Shown here piece after piece: positions 1-13,790 of a DNA stretch of 64,000 nucleotides. The DNA comes from Octopus vulgaris (Eukaryota). The notes below the pieces were generated by a model. The model searched no databases. It saw only the letters and a list, made by a program, of their open reading frames with translations, and had not been told where the DNA came from. The stretch is taken from assembly GCA_951406725.2 (NCBI GenBank), contig OX597838.1:27528001-27592000 (forward strand). The letters run 5' to 3'. The translations under genes and the position numbers were made by a program. Position 1 is the stretch's first letter. The number at the start of each line of letters is the position of its first letter.

Positions 1-75
1 GGCTTCCCAGACCCCAGTTGAACCGTCCAACCCATGCTAGCATGGAAAGCGGACGTTAAACGATGATGATGATGT
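1..75 (+). mobile_element. 3' end of repeat family E (RTE-type tail, ends in (GAT)n)
   Basis: CCGTCCAACCCATGCTAGCATGGAAAGCGGACGTTAAACGATGATGATG; the same tail recurs at about 17520, 35510, 47570, 49740 and 50720. Confidence 0.8.
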
Positions 76-82
76 ATATATA

Positions 83-128
<46 letters not shown>

Positions 129-477
129 ACTGTACACACACACACATATATATGTGTGTCTGTGTGTACATCTTTGTATCTGTGCTTGTCCCCTGCCACT
201 GCTTGACAACTGGTGTTGGTGTGTTTATGTCCCCATAACTTAGCAGTTTGCCAAAAGAGACTGATAGAATAAATATCAATGACTGAAGCAAATAAGCAAT
301 TAATGAGATGAGGACAATATCGCTTCGTTACGCTTGTTATATTTTCATTTTTGTTTTCCATACGTGCATACAGTAAATAGATTTTTTGTTGAAGCAATTA
401 ACTCTCCATCGATATACCTTATCTATCACTACCTACCTTTACTATATAAAGTAAATTGCAAGCATCAGAATTTACCT

Positions 478-1322
478 GTATTCTTTTCTACTCTAGGCAC
501 AAGGCCCGAAATTTTTTGGGAGGTGGGGGGGGGGGGCAGTCAATTAGATCAGCCTCAATATGCAACTGGTACTTAATTTATCGACTCTGAAAGGATGAAA
601 GGTGAAGTCAACCTTGGTGGAATTTGAACTCAGAATATAAAGACAGATGAAATGCCGTTAAGCATTTCGCCCGGCGTGCCAACATTTATTTCTTTGTTGC
701 CCACAAGAGGCTAAACATGGAGGGGACAAACGAGGACAGACAAAGGGATTAAGTCGATTACATTGACCCAAGTGCGTAAACTGGTACTTAATTTATCGAC
801 TCTGAAAGGATGAAAGGTGAAGTCAACCTCGGTGGAATTTGAACTCCGAACATAAAGACAGACGAAATGCCGTTAAGCATTTCACCCGTCGTGCCAACAT
901 TTCTTGTTTCTTTATTGCATACAAGGGGCTAAACATAGAGGGGACAAACAAGGACAGACAAAGATATTAAATCGATTACATTGACCCAAGTGCATAACTG
1001 GTACTTAATTTATTGACCCCGAAAGGATGAAAGGCATAATCGACCTCGGTGGAATTTGAACTCAGAATGTAATGTCAGACGAAATACCTATTTCTTTATT
1101 ACCCACAAGGGGCTAAACACAGAGGGGACAAACAAAGACAGACATAGGTATTAGGTCGATTACATTGACCCCCAGTGCGTAACTGGTACTTAATTTATTG
1201 ACCCCGAAAGGATGAAAGGCATAATCGACCTCAGCGGAATTTGAACTCAGAACGTAATGGCAGACGAAATACCACTAAGTATTTCGCCTGGTGTGCTAAC
1301 GTTCCTACCAGCTCGCTGCCTT
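478..1322 (-). mobile_element. SINE family B with internally tandem-multiplied body (4 units)
   Basis: AACTGGTACTTAATTTAT(C/T)GAC..GAAAGGATGAAAGG recurs at about 564, 778, 996 and 1181; the head GGCAGCGAGCTGGTAGGAACGTTAGC lies at about 1322 on the - strand. Confidence 0.85.
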
Positions 1323-1464
1323 AGAACTAACCTGTATTAACTCCAGAATATTAATTCTGCTCATATGTACCATACTGTTTTGTGAGAAAGTGTAACATCT
1401 GATGCTGAATAATGTTACTACTCTATCTGTCTACTATGGAACTGTTGAATAGCTTGGTTGCACG

Positions 1465-1640
1465 ACTTGCTAGAAATGTCAGCAAAACATCCCTTAAATC
1501 TCACACTGATGCTGTTTTGAAAAAGAAGAGCCTCGTGGGTAATGTAGTCTTTGTTTGAATTTCAGGTGGGATGGTCATATACTGGTACAGTCTTTGATTG
1601 GTAGATCTGCTTAATGAGACCTGGCCTGCATCTAAAAGGC
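1465..1640 (+). mobile_element. Old repeat family F (diverged)
   Basis: CTTGCTAGAAAT...GGGATGGTCA...ACCTGG; homologous copies at about 8100-8285, 46485-46685, 46700-46815 (-) and 55985-56145 (-). Confidence 0.6.
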
Positions 1641-2129
1641 ATATTTCAAACCCTGTGTGTCCATGATGTGCATGCGTGTGTGCATTTGCATATATGTGTG
1701 TGTGTGTGTGTTGAAAGGACGATTTCTACTTCTTGACTGACAGGTTCAGAATGGAGAGAGTGAAATAGCAAAATGGGTTCCCATATACACACACACACGT
1801 GTACATGTATGTGTGTGTGTGTGTGGAGGGAGGGAGAGAGAGAGAGAGAGAGAGAAAGAAAGTCAACCATTCATTGAACATTCAGTGATAAATAACCATT
1901 CATCTTTACCTCCTCATTCACTAGTGTAGTAGTCACACATAACCATTGTTGCATCAGTTAATATTAAGCCCATAGCTTAGCTGTGTGCTTGTGTGTCTTT
2001 TGGAAGGCTTTTATTCTTTTCATAAAATCACTCCACCATCACCTCACACTCACCTCTCTTTCTCACAGTATATATATGTGTTTATATATGTGTATATATA
2101 TATATATATTCCACTTTCTATCTTTTTCC

Positions 2130-3663
<1,534 letters not shown>

Positions 3664-5085
3664 CCAGGGGGTGATGTTTGCTGTTCATTTCATTCATAAC
3701 TTAGGCTTGGCTGTTCTTCTCTGGAGTGACCTTTTGTTAAGCCTTGCTCGGTAGATGCATTATTAAACAACAAAAACAACTGCTACCACACAAAGTGAGC
3801 TAACCAGCCTTTTGTTTTTCTGTATTAAACTACTGGAGAGAGAGAGAGAGAGAGAGATGGGGGGGGGGGGCAGAGATGGAAGTAGGAACATAGTGGTGGT
3901 GGTGGTGGGGAGAGGAGACCCGCCAATCCATAAACTGATCAATATTCTCACCATGAATATTATTGGTGACAGTTATTGACCTGCAGCTGGCTAGACAAAC
4001 CTTACCCTCTGGAAAACAACAATAATAATAATAATAACAATCTTTCCTCCTCTCTCAATATCTCCTCCTGTCTCTCTCTCTTCCCCTCCCTCTCTTTGCA
4101 TATATATATATATGTGTGTGTGGTGTGTATTTATACTTATTCTGTCTCTCTTACTTTCCTTCTTTTTTTTCTGTCTTTCTTTGGTCCTTCCCCTCTCTCC
4201 CCCCCCCCCCCAATTCTTTCTCCCTGAAATCCTGTCTTTTCTCTCTTATATCTTTACCAATTCTTTCTTTTATTTTATTTATGCTCTTCATCTCCACTTC
4301 CTCCTCTCATTCCCAGTTATATACATGTGTGTGTATTTACATATAAATACGTACTTGTGTATGTGTGTGTGTTTATATATATATATATATATATATATAT
4401 GAATAAGAATATAAAAATGTATGTATGTATGTATGTAGATATATGTATATATTATACCACTCTCTATTTCTCTCTCTCTCTCTCTCATTGTTTTCCATTC
4501 CTCCCCCTCCTGCACTGTCACTCTTCCATCATTCCACCCTCACATCACAATTAATTTGTGTTCCTCCTCATACCCTCTCTTCTCGCACCCACCCACTCTG
4601 ACCTCACTGTTATCACTCTTTCTTCCATCCACTCACCCTCAGTCACGCTACCTTCAACAAACAGAGACTATACAAGGAACGTTGAGAGGGTTCTTCCATC
4701 TTGTCAAGGCCATGGCTACCTCTCTAATGTTGGTGCTGTGTTAAAATGCATCTTGTACTCAGGGAAACTTAGTTGGCATAAGGAAGGGCACCTGGTTATT
4801 GAAACCTTACCAAAATCACTGATCTAAGAGGGTTTGGATTGTGACAAATGATCCATCCATGACAGCATCTAAAACATGTATGAAGTGATGATATTGATGA
4901 TGATTTCATTGAACTGGGGCACCGTCTTCAAGGGTTTAGCTGGCCATAGTTTTAAGTACATATTCTTTTGGCCTCTTTTGCCGAATTTCTAAGTCAAGGG
5001 GATGTAACCAAACCAACACCTGTTGTCAAGCAGTGAGGTGTGATGGAGATGGGGGTAACAAAAAACACTAACAGGCTCACCCACA

Positions 5086-5131
<46 letters not shown>

Positions 5132-5744
5132 CAGGGTTTCACTCAGTTTCCATGTACCAAATTCACTCAGAAGGCATTGCTCAGCTCAGAGCTATTTTAG
5201 AACACAGTTGTTCATGTAGTGGCACAGTGGCACTGAATCTAAAACTGGGCGGTTTCAAAGTGAGCTTCTTAACCACCATGCCTGTGTGTGTGTGCGTGTG
5301 TGTATATGTATCTTCAATTCTCCTTTTCCATTTCCCTTTCAATAATTTGCTACCAAGCTGAATTATTGAATTTTTATGAAATTAGTTTATCACTGAAAAA
5401 CATAGTAAATGAAAACTAATTTCCTACCATGAATGAATATTGCTGAAATTTGCTTGGTATTTATTAAAAATAGTTGTTGTTGTTATAATTATTCAGTGTG
5501 GTTGATTTGCAGAATCAGTGGAGCTTCAGAAAAAAAAAGAAGGCCCTTGTGACATTTGTTTGGGCTCTTTATAATCTGTGTTCTCGTCCCACCAAGGTCC
5601 ACTTGTTCTTTTGAGGTCAGTCAAATGAAGTACTAGTCAAGTACGAATGTTGATCTAATCAGCTAATCCACCACTCTTCCTGCAAAATTTCTGGCCTTAT
5701 ACTTATGTTAGAAATATAGTCATCATCATTATTATTATCATCTA

Positions 5745-6405
5745 GGGCAGCAAGCTGGCAGAATCGTTAGCACGCTGGATGAAATGCTTAGTGGTATTTC
5801 ACCCATCGTTACATTCTGAGTTCAAATTCCGCCAAGATCAACTTGGCTTTTCATCCTTTCAGGGTCAATGAATTACATACCAATGAAACGCTAGGGTCGA
5901 TGCAATTGACTAGTCCCCTCCCCCAAAATTTCAGGCCTTCTGCTTCTAGTAGAAAGGATTATTATTATTATTAAAGGTGGTGAGCTGGCGGAATTGTTAG
6001 CACACCGGATAAAACACTAGGTGGTATTTCGTCCATCTTCATGTTCTGAGTTCAAATTCCACCAAGGTCGATTTTTGCCTTTCATCCTTTCAGGGTCGAT
6101 AAAATAAGTACCAGCTGAGTTCTGGGGTTGGTGTAGTCAACTATCCTTCTCACCCAAGTTTCAGGCCCTGTGCCTATAGTAAAAAGGATTATTATTATAA
6201 TTAAGATGGCCAGGTAGCAGAATCGTTAGCATGCCAGGCAAAATGCTTAGCAGTATTTCATCTGTCTTTATGTTCTGAATTCAAATTCTGCTGAAGTTGA
6301 CTTTGCCTTTCATCCTTTCAGAGTTGATGAAATAAGTACCAGCTGAGCAGTGAGGTCTCTCCCCGCCAAAACTTCAGGCCTCATACTTATGGTAGAAAGA
6401 AGTAT
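5745..6405 (+). mobile_element. Three head-to-tail SINE family B copies separated by (ATT)n
   Basis: Each copy has AGCTGGCAGAATCGTTAGC (A-box-like), GAGTTCAAATTCC (B-box-like) and GCCTTTCATCCTTTCAGGGTCGATAAAATAAGTACCAG, which resembles the metazoan SINE Meta domain as I recall it. Confidence 0.85.
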
Positions 6406-6425
6406 TATTATTATTGTTGTTCATT

Positions 6426-6595
6426 GTGTACATTATTTACATTTGACAGATATTTGTCCTCATCTTGTTTGTTGTTAACACAACGTTTCGGCTGATATAC
6501 TCACCAGCCTTCATCAGGTGTCTTGGGGAAATTTCGATCCTGGGTTCTCATTCCTAAGGTATTTTTCGTCGTCGTCGTCGTTGTTGTCGTCGTCG

Positions 6596-6633
<38 letters not shown>

Positions 6634-6707
6634 TAGTTCACTGTGTGGAATCAAACTCGGAATCTTGGGTTAGTAGTCCACACACTTAACCACTACGCTA
6701 TATGCTC
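6426..6707 (-). mobile_element. tRNA-headed SINE-like element with a hammerhead-containing 3' part
   Basis: The - strand begins GAGCATATAGCGTAGTGGTTAAG...GAGTTTGATTCC (A and B boxes), followed by (AAT)n/(GAC)n and then a body carrying a hammerhead core. Confidence 0.65.
6477..6522 (-). ncRNA. Minimal type-I hammerhead ribozyme motif (Penelope-type)
   Basis: GACAC-CUGAUGA-A-GGCUG(GUGAGUAUAU)CAGCC-GAAAC-GUU-GUGUU: stem I 5 bp, stem II 5 bp, loopless palindromic stem III (AACGUU). Confidence 0.75.
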
Positions 6708-6758
6708 AAGATTCTGAGTTCAATTCCAGGCAGTGACCTGAATAATAATAATAATAAC

Positions 6759-6801
<43 letters not shown>

Positions 6802-7618
6802 TCTACTAGTTGCAGGCCTTGTACCTTTCTACTATAGGCACAAGGCTTGCAACTTTGGGGGCACGGGTCTAGTTGATTTTATTGCCCCAGATAGGATTAA
6901 AGGCAAAAGTGATAATATTTCTAACACTGGCACAAGGGCAATGAGAAATTTGGCTGTGGCAGGGTTAGGGGTTACTTGATTAAATCAGCCCCAGTAGTTA
7001 CTGGAGTGTTTCAGTTTATTGATTAGGGAGGAGTTGGCTGCAGTGGCAGTTGCATCGTCATTGACATCAGCTTCCATCCATATCCATATCCCCCCCCCTG
7101 CAGGCATAAGGTCAGACATCCAAACAAGCTGTCACCCAACCACCACCACCACCACTACTACTTTCAGATTCGGTTTCATTTTTAACCCTTTTTTTTTTAA
7201 AAAATGTTTCCATTTGAAGCCCTTCTTCCACCCCTTACCTATTTGGCCTTGGTTGTCTGCTGTCTCTTCTAACCTCATCCAAAGCTCATCCAGTGCTTCA
7301 ACAACACTTTGCGGTTACATCACCCACCTAGGCTGTGCCATCTTCATTTGTAATAGGCGGCGTACACATCCATCTGCAGCCACTCACTGCTCTATCTGAT
7401 TGTTTGCACTCTCCCATCTCTAAACACGGATATCTTGCACGTCTCTCCCAGCCTTCACCTTATAACCACCACCACCACTGCCACCAGCATCAGAAAGAAG
7501 CTATATCATCATGTCTGATCCATTTGATTTGGTTTTCTATGCACACATATACATGTGCATTGTGCATGCATATATACTGAAAGAAAGAAGAACTAACTCT
7601 CTCCCTCCTATCTTCCTA

Positions 7619-7670
<52 letters not shown>

Positions 7671-7863
7671 TAAATTAGAGATAAAACCACTATTAGGCAA
7701 ATCAAACAATGAAAAGCTAAAGCCAATACATAAGATTAATTAATTTATATTATTTTAAATATATATCAAAATTATTAAAATAACACTACGATCATGGCTG
7801 TCCAATTGTCGAGTTACAGTCATTATATATATGTATGTGTATATGTGTATATATATGTATATA

Positions 7864-7951
<88 letters not shown>

Positions 7952-8287
7952 TGTGTGTGTATATATATATATATGTATATATATATATTTAAATAACTGT
8001 CTTTCTGTCTCTACCCATGCATGCAAGTGCACATGCACTAATACATATATAATACAATTGATATATCGAGCCACTAGTGGGGGGGTTTATAGTCCCTCAA
8101 CCTACTAGACATGCCAGACAAATCTCTCTTAAATTACACCCTACTGTGTTAGAAAAGAAAGGGTCACTTTGTGCCATGTCATCCTCATAGTCCTGTACTG
8201 AGGGAAAAAGTTGGGATGGCCATGGTTGTAATGCCATCCATTGATCACTGAGCTGCTTGATCGTATTTCACCCTGGGCTTAACAAAA

Positions 8288-8333
<46 letters not shown>

Positions 8334-8344
8334 ACTATGAATGT

Positions 8345-8630
8345 TTGTATTGTATGTATGTGACTGTCTGTCTGTCTATCTATCTATCTGTCCAACTATC
8401 TATCTATCTGTCTGTCTATCTATCTGTCTGTCTATCTGTCTGTCTGTCTATCTATCTGTCTATCTATCTGTCTATCTGTCTATCTATCTGTCTGTCTATC
8501 TGTCTGTCTATCTATCTATCTGTCTATGTATCTGTACAACTATCTATCTATCTATCTATCCATCCACCCATCCATCCAAAATCCATCCAGCCATCCACCC
8601 ATCCATCCATCTATCTATCTATCTACCTGC
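8345..8630. repeat. (TCTA/TCTG/TCCA)n tetranucleotide microsatellite
   Basis: Directly visible. Confidence 0.95.
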
Positions 8631-9690
8631 CTACATATGTATATATGCAGAGACATGTATACACACATAATTGCACACACATATATTGTTACATGTGTGT
8701 GTGTGTGTAGCATATTTGCACATGAACACATGCATAGATTGCACATATACATACACACACACATCTTCAGTATATTAAATGCAGGATTGCTTGTCCCCTT
8801 ATGAATTTTTTTTTCTCTTTGTTAACAACCAATACCTCTCAGTAGGTACATGTAAGCAAAACATGATTTTATTTATTCTACTCTGCACCCTTCCAACACA
8901 CACACACACACTTCTGCATATTAATAACTTCTACTTGTTTATCTTATCTCCATATAAACCCCAATCTGTTTACCAGGGGGACAGTTCTAACATATATATA
9001 TATACATATATACATACATATATATATATATGAGTTCTACGTCTAATTGTGGTGTCCTGTACTCACGTATATATATTTATATATGCTTGTATATATACAT
9101 GTAGATGTAGGTACGTACATATATGTATGTATGTATGCATATATAAATGGGTCTATGTTGTTCTTGTTGTTGCACCAGGACTTTGTATGAAATTGTGGAA
9201 TGAATGGATTACCGTTAATTCATTAATCCTTACCCAGATTAAGATTCAGAGTTCTCTCTCGCTGCTCTTTTTTTGGTTTTTTGTTGTTGTTTATTTTTTT
9301 TTGTTAGGTAATAGAAAAATGTCATTTTCTTGGTATTTCACATACTAAGTTTATATGATACTGATTATGATGATGATGATCTTCATCATTGTCATTGTTA
9401 TCTCAGAAGAGGTCCTTTAGCATTGAATAGAATGCTTCATGTTAATTCTTCTAATACCTAGCAGTCTGAGTTCAAATTCTTCAAAGAGCCACTTTACCTC
9501 TCGGGGTCAATGAAAAACAGAACTAATCCAAGGCAATGGATTGGTGGCCCTACAAGAATGTCAGATTGGATGCGTTACTGTGTTTATTCGAGCCCTTTGC
9601 ATTCTGAGTTCAAACCTCTTCATGGCTTACTTGGGTGGTAGACTTAACACATTGCCTGTTTGGCAACCCGACCTTAGTAACTTAAGTTTC

Positions 9691-9890
9691 TTTAGCAGAG
9701 TCCACTCTGTTACAAGCAAACACCACCACTTGGTCCTTAAGGACATTTAGCAGAATCTACACTGTTGCAAGCAAATACCACTACCTAGTCTGTGGTTACC
9801 TCTAACAGAGTCCACTCTGTTGCAAGCAAACACCACCACCACCACCTGGTCTGTGGGTGCCTTTAACAGAGTCCACTTTGCTTGAAGATA
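9691..9890. repeat. About 55-bp minisatellite, 3.5 copies
   Basis: TTTAGCAGAGTCCACTCTGTTGCAAGCAAACACCACC units start at 9691, 9746, 9801 and 9862. Confidence 0.9.
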
Positions 9891-10638
9891 CCTTCCTTCT
9901 GCTAGGCCCTGAGAATCCCTGACTCCTCTCCTGATTACATTGATTTTTTTTTTTAAAATGTCCCTTCTTGAAGAAACTCCCAGTTCTTTATGATTTGAAG
10001 AATGCATCAAATGTTTGCATTTTTACATTGGAAAATATTTAGTCCATTTTGGAAAACAGCTATACAAATATATTCAGGGTAAAGAAATGCTTTGTGAGAA
10101 CACTCAGTGCATTTATTTGTGTAGTGTTTAAGTTTTCTTAAATGTTCCCTGGGTTGTCTTTTGCCATAGCCTCTGATTAACCAAAACCTTGCGAGTGAAA
10201 ATGAGTAGGCAGAAACTGTTTAGAAGCCCCTTGAGGGGATTGATTTGCGCTGTAATTCAATGAATTGGCCCTTTTGCATGTTGTATATGCTGATTCTTCC
10301 TGAAAATTGCACTAGCTGCATATGCGTCTGTGGTATATTCAGTTACTTGCATGTTAATTCAATGAGTCAACCATTCTATTGATCAAACAGTTGGAACATA
10401 CATTGTCAAAACCTACGTGGGGGGGGGGGTGCTGGTCCTTTGTTATTATTTATAGTTACAAAGGCAGCAATCTGGTAAAACTATTAACATGCTGGGCAAA
10501 ACACTTAGTGGCATTCTGAGATCAAATCCCATGGATTCAAAATAAATACCAGTCAAATACTGAGGTCAACTACCCCTCTGCTCAAAAACTGCTGGCCTTG
10601 TGCCAAAATTTGAAATCCATCATTACGATACTTACATA

Positions 10639-11017
10639 GGCGCAGGAGTGGCTGTGTGGTAAGTAGCTTGTTTACCAACCACATGGTTCCGGGTTCAGTC
10701 CCACTGCGTGGCACCTTGGGCAAGTGTCTTCTACTATAGCCTTGGGCCGACCAAAGCCTTGTGAGTGGATTTGGTAGACGGAAACTGAAAGAAGCCCGTC
10801 ATATATATGTATGTGTGTGTTTGTCCCCCTAGCATTGCTTGACAACCGATGCTGGTGTGTTTATGTCCATGTTACTTAGCGGTTCGGCAAAAGATACCGA
10901 TAGAATAAGTACTGGGCTTACAAAAGAATAAGTCCCGGGGTCGAGTTGCTCGATTAAAGGCGGTGCTCCAGCATGGCCGCAGTCAAATGACTGAAACAAG
11001 TAAAAGAGTAAAAGAGA
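10639..11017 (+). mobile_element. Full-length SINE family A (tRNA head, CORE-like segment, internal microsatellite; Octopus OR-type by recall)
   Basis: GGCGCAGGAGTGGCTGTGTGG (A box), GGTTCAGTCCC (B box), CACCTTGGGCAAGTG (MIR-CORE-like), tail CAGTCAAATGACTGAAACAAGTAAAAGAG. Confidence 0.9.
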
Positions 11018-11635
11018 ATAATATTCCAGCTCTTTACACTCTGAATTCAAATCCTGCTGAGATCAACTTTTCCTTCTACGCTGCCCCACTCGAGATCAAT
11101 AAAATAATTTATCAGTTAAATACTCGCCTCTGCCCTTCAATATTGCTAGCCTTGTCCCTAAATTAGAAACCGTTATATTTACCTAAAATGGTTTTATTTT
11201 CAGTGTCTGCTCGTTTCAGTAATCATATTTCAGTGTGTTGCTCTCAGTTTTAGTTTATCAAGATTTCTGCTATAACACTCTACACACGTATATAAGAAAC
11301 CAAAAAAAAAAAAAAGTTATTTTCTTAAGATTTGTTAGATATTTGTTGTTATTCTAAGGCAGTCAGCGCTGGCAGAATGGGTAGCAAATCAGCCGAAATG
11401 CTTTGTGATATCTCCTCTGGCTTTTTATGTTCTGAATTCAAGCACTGCTGAGGTCAGCTTCACCTTTTATCCTTTTGGGGTTGACAAAAATAAGTACCAG
11501 TTGAACACTGGGTCAGTGTAATTGATTAGCTCCTCCTGCCAAAAATTCAGGGCTTGTACCCGAGGAATACTCAGTGTTAAAATGTTATTACTACAGTTTT
11601 TTTTTTCTTGTTAATATAGCAATAATAATAATAAT

Positions 11636-11841
11636 CCTTTCTAATATAGGCACAAGGCCTGGATTTTTGTGGGGAGGGGACAGTCAATTACATCAACCCC
11701 AGTGTTCAAATGGTTCTTAGTTTATTGCCCCTGAAAGGATGAAAGACGACCTCGGTGGAATTTGAACTCAAAACAACAACGGACAAAATGCCATTAAGCA
11801 TTTTTGCCCAGTGTGCTAATAATTCTGCCAGTTTGCTTCCC

Positions 11842-11884
<43 letters not shown>

Positions 11885-12032
11885 CATCATTCATCCTACT
11901 AAAGGCACAAGATCCCAAAAGGATGAAAGGCAAAGTCGACCTGGGCAGAATTGGAGCTCAGAACGTAAAAACAGACAAAATGCTGCTAAGCGTTTTGCCC
12001 GGCACGCTCACGATTCTGCCAGCTTGCTGCCT
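11636..12032 (-). mobile_element. Two SINE family B copies around a (TAA)n tract
   Basis: Reverse complement of the family B motifs. Confidence 0.8.
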
Positions 12033-12439
12033 TAATGATGATAATGATTATTTTAATTATAGATATCTTAAATATTTCTCTCGATGAATGATGGCCTTTT
12101 TTTCCATATGGTATAATTTGTTGGCTTTGCTGTCCCATTTTGCTGCTGGGTTTGTTCAAGGCCAGCGCCAGTTTGTGTGCAGAACATTCAGATCACAGAA
12201 GTATTAGCTGTGTCAGAGAGAGAGTGAGAGCGCGGGGAAGTAGGCTCGAGGCTTCCTGTTGTTTGTTCATCATCGTTGTCAAATGTGCCATTAATTAGAA
12301 TGGCCACTGCTACGCTGCTGCTGCTGCTTTTGTTTCAGACTTTAAAGCTTTGAAATCTAATCTTTTTTTCTTTTTTCCCCATTTTTTCTCAACTTTTTGG
12401 TGAATTTTACTGCTGCAGTGATGATTGATTCACTGTCAC

Positions 12440-12476
<37 letters not shown>

Positions 12477-13097
12477 TGATCTTGTAAAAAAATGTGTCAG
12501 AGATTTGGGAATTATAAAAGTGGTGATCTGTATTAATAACTGCTTTTCTGAAATTTTTCTCTGATACTAAATAGTCCCCTGCTATCGTCTCTTAGAATGT
12601 ATGGTCATGTATGAAGCAAGTTTTTTGTTTTTTCCAGAAGATTGCTCTAGTGTTGTGGTCTTATAAAATTCTGTAGTCCAACACAACAAAAATCCGTATT
12701 CAGTGTATGTCTGCAGCTGCAAGTTTTTTAATGGTATTGATGATGTTTGTTTTTTTATATTATTTTCTTCGAAATGAGTGGATCTTTTAAACCATTTTAT
12801 CTTCCTGTTAAGATATTAAATCTCTTGTTTTCAGTTACGCTTCTCAGACACTGTATATGGCACTTGCAGGTCCACTGCAAGACACCTTGGCCAAATGTCT
12901 TCTACTATAGCACTCTACCGGCCGATGCCTTGTGAGTGAATTTGGTTGATGGAAACTGTGTAGAAGCCTGTTTTACATATTGGATCAGGTCAGAGAAATC
13001 CTGCTATTGCTACCAGGTAACACAGTACTACCTGTTTCATGATTGGGTGGTCAGCAACTAAACCAGCTCCTTAAGGAGAGCATTGTGGACACTAGAG

Positions 13098-13412
13098 CAG
13101 AGGTTCTCAAATTTTTTGAGGCCACAGACCCCCTCATGGCCACATAATACCCTCACCCCTATTTTTATGTATTAATAAATATTTTATATTTTACTAATTT
13201 ATATATACTATAAATCATTTGATATTTAATATAATATTATATAATTTGTATACAATTCTATATTATAATAAATTCATAATGCCCCCAAACCGTTGCCTTC
13301 TGCCCAACACCTCATTTTTTTTCTCTACCCCCCACTGTCCCCTTAGGCATCAGTGCCAACATGGACTGTCTCAACGCCCACCGGTGGGTGGGGGGCACTT
13401 TGAGAGTCTGTG
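13098..13412. mobile_element. hAT (Charlie-type) MITE
   Basis: TIRs CAGAGGTTCTCAAA / TTTGAGAGTCTGTG (11/14 match); flanks CACTAGAG and CTCTACAG form a decayed 8-bp TSD fitting NTCTAGAN. Confidence 0.75.
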
Positions 13413-13618
13413 CTCTACAGGATCAAAAACAAGATCTGTCAAAGGACGGATAAGCTTATAGAGAGTCAATGGTCTCATAAAAACTCCTGCACTTGGGCTG
13501 GCAAACCATGCAGTTGGTCTAGGATCATAGCCGGGAAATCTCCAATGAGAGACCTACAGTACTTTCAAGTTGAAGTCAACAGTCACATGTGATGTTGTGT
13601 AGAGCAAGCTAAAGTCTT

Positions 13619-13667
<49 letters not shown>

Positions 13668-13670
<3 letters not shown>

Positions 13671-13790
13671 GGAGTAAACACATAAATGTGAAACAAGGTG
13701 GAAAAAAGAGTACTCAAATACCAGTGGTAGAGTAATATGCTTTATTTAAAGCAGCAGAAAATTCAGAATTTTCTGCTGCTTTAAATAAAG
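13668..13790 (-). mobile_element. Fragment of the short element family also at 30905-31050, ending in a perfect palindrome
   Basis: GAAACAAGGTG..AAAAA.AGTACTCAAATACCAG.GGTAGAGTAATATGCTTTATT is shared with the copy at about 30928; embedded in (AT)n. Confidence 0.75.

Noticed and set aside
7239-7315. - strand exon-like peptide SVVEALDELWMRLEETADNQGQI before AG|GTAAG
   Set aside because: In-frame stop just upstream, no acceptor, and no recognisable homology.
9691-9890. Possible CRISPR array (also 30033-30290)
   Set aside because: Eukaryotic context, spacers are related to each other or are microsatellite, repeats are degenerate, and there are no cas genes.
10980-10998. SINE A hairpin followed by GAAAC read as half a hammerhead
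   Set aside because: No CUGANGA-like core upstream; better explained as a LINE-type 3' recognition stem-loop.
10829-11166. Recurrent peptides FQSFDCGHAGAPP, MLQHGRSQMTETSKR and [11 protein letters not shown] in many ORFs
   Set aside because: Chance readings of SINE family A, not a gene family.
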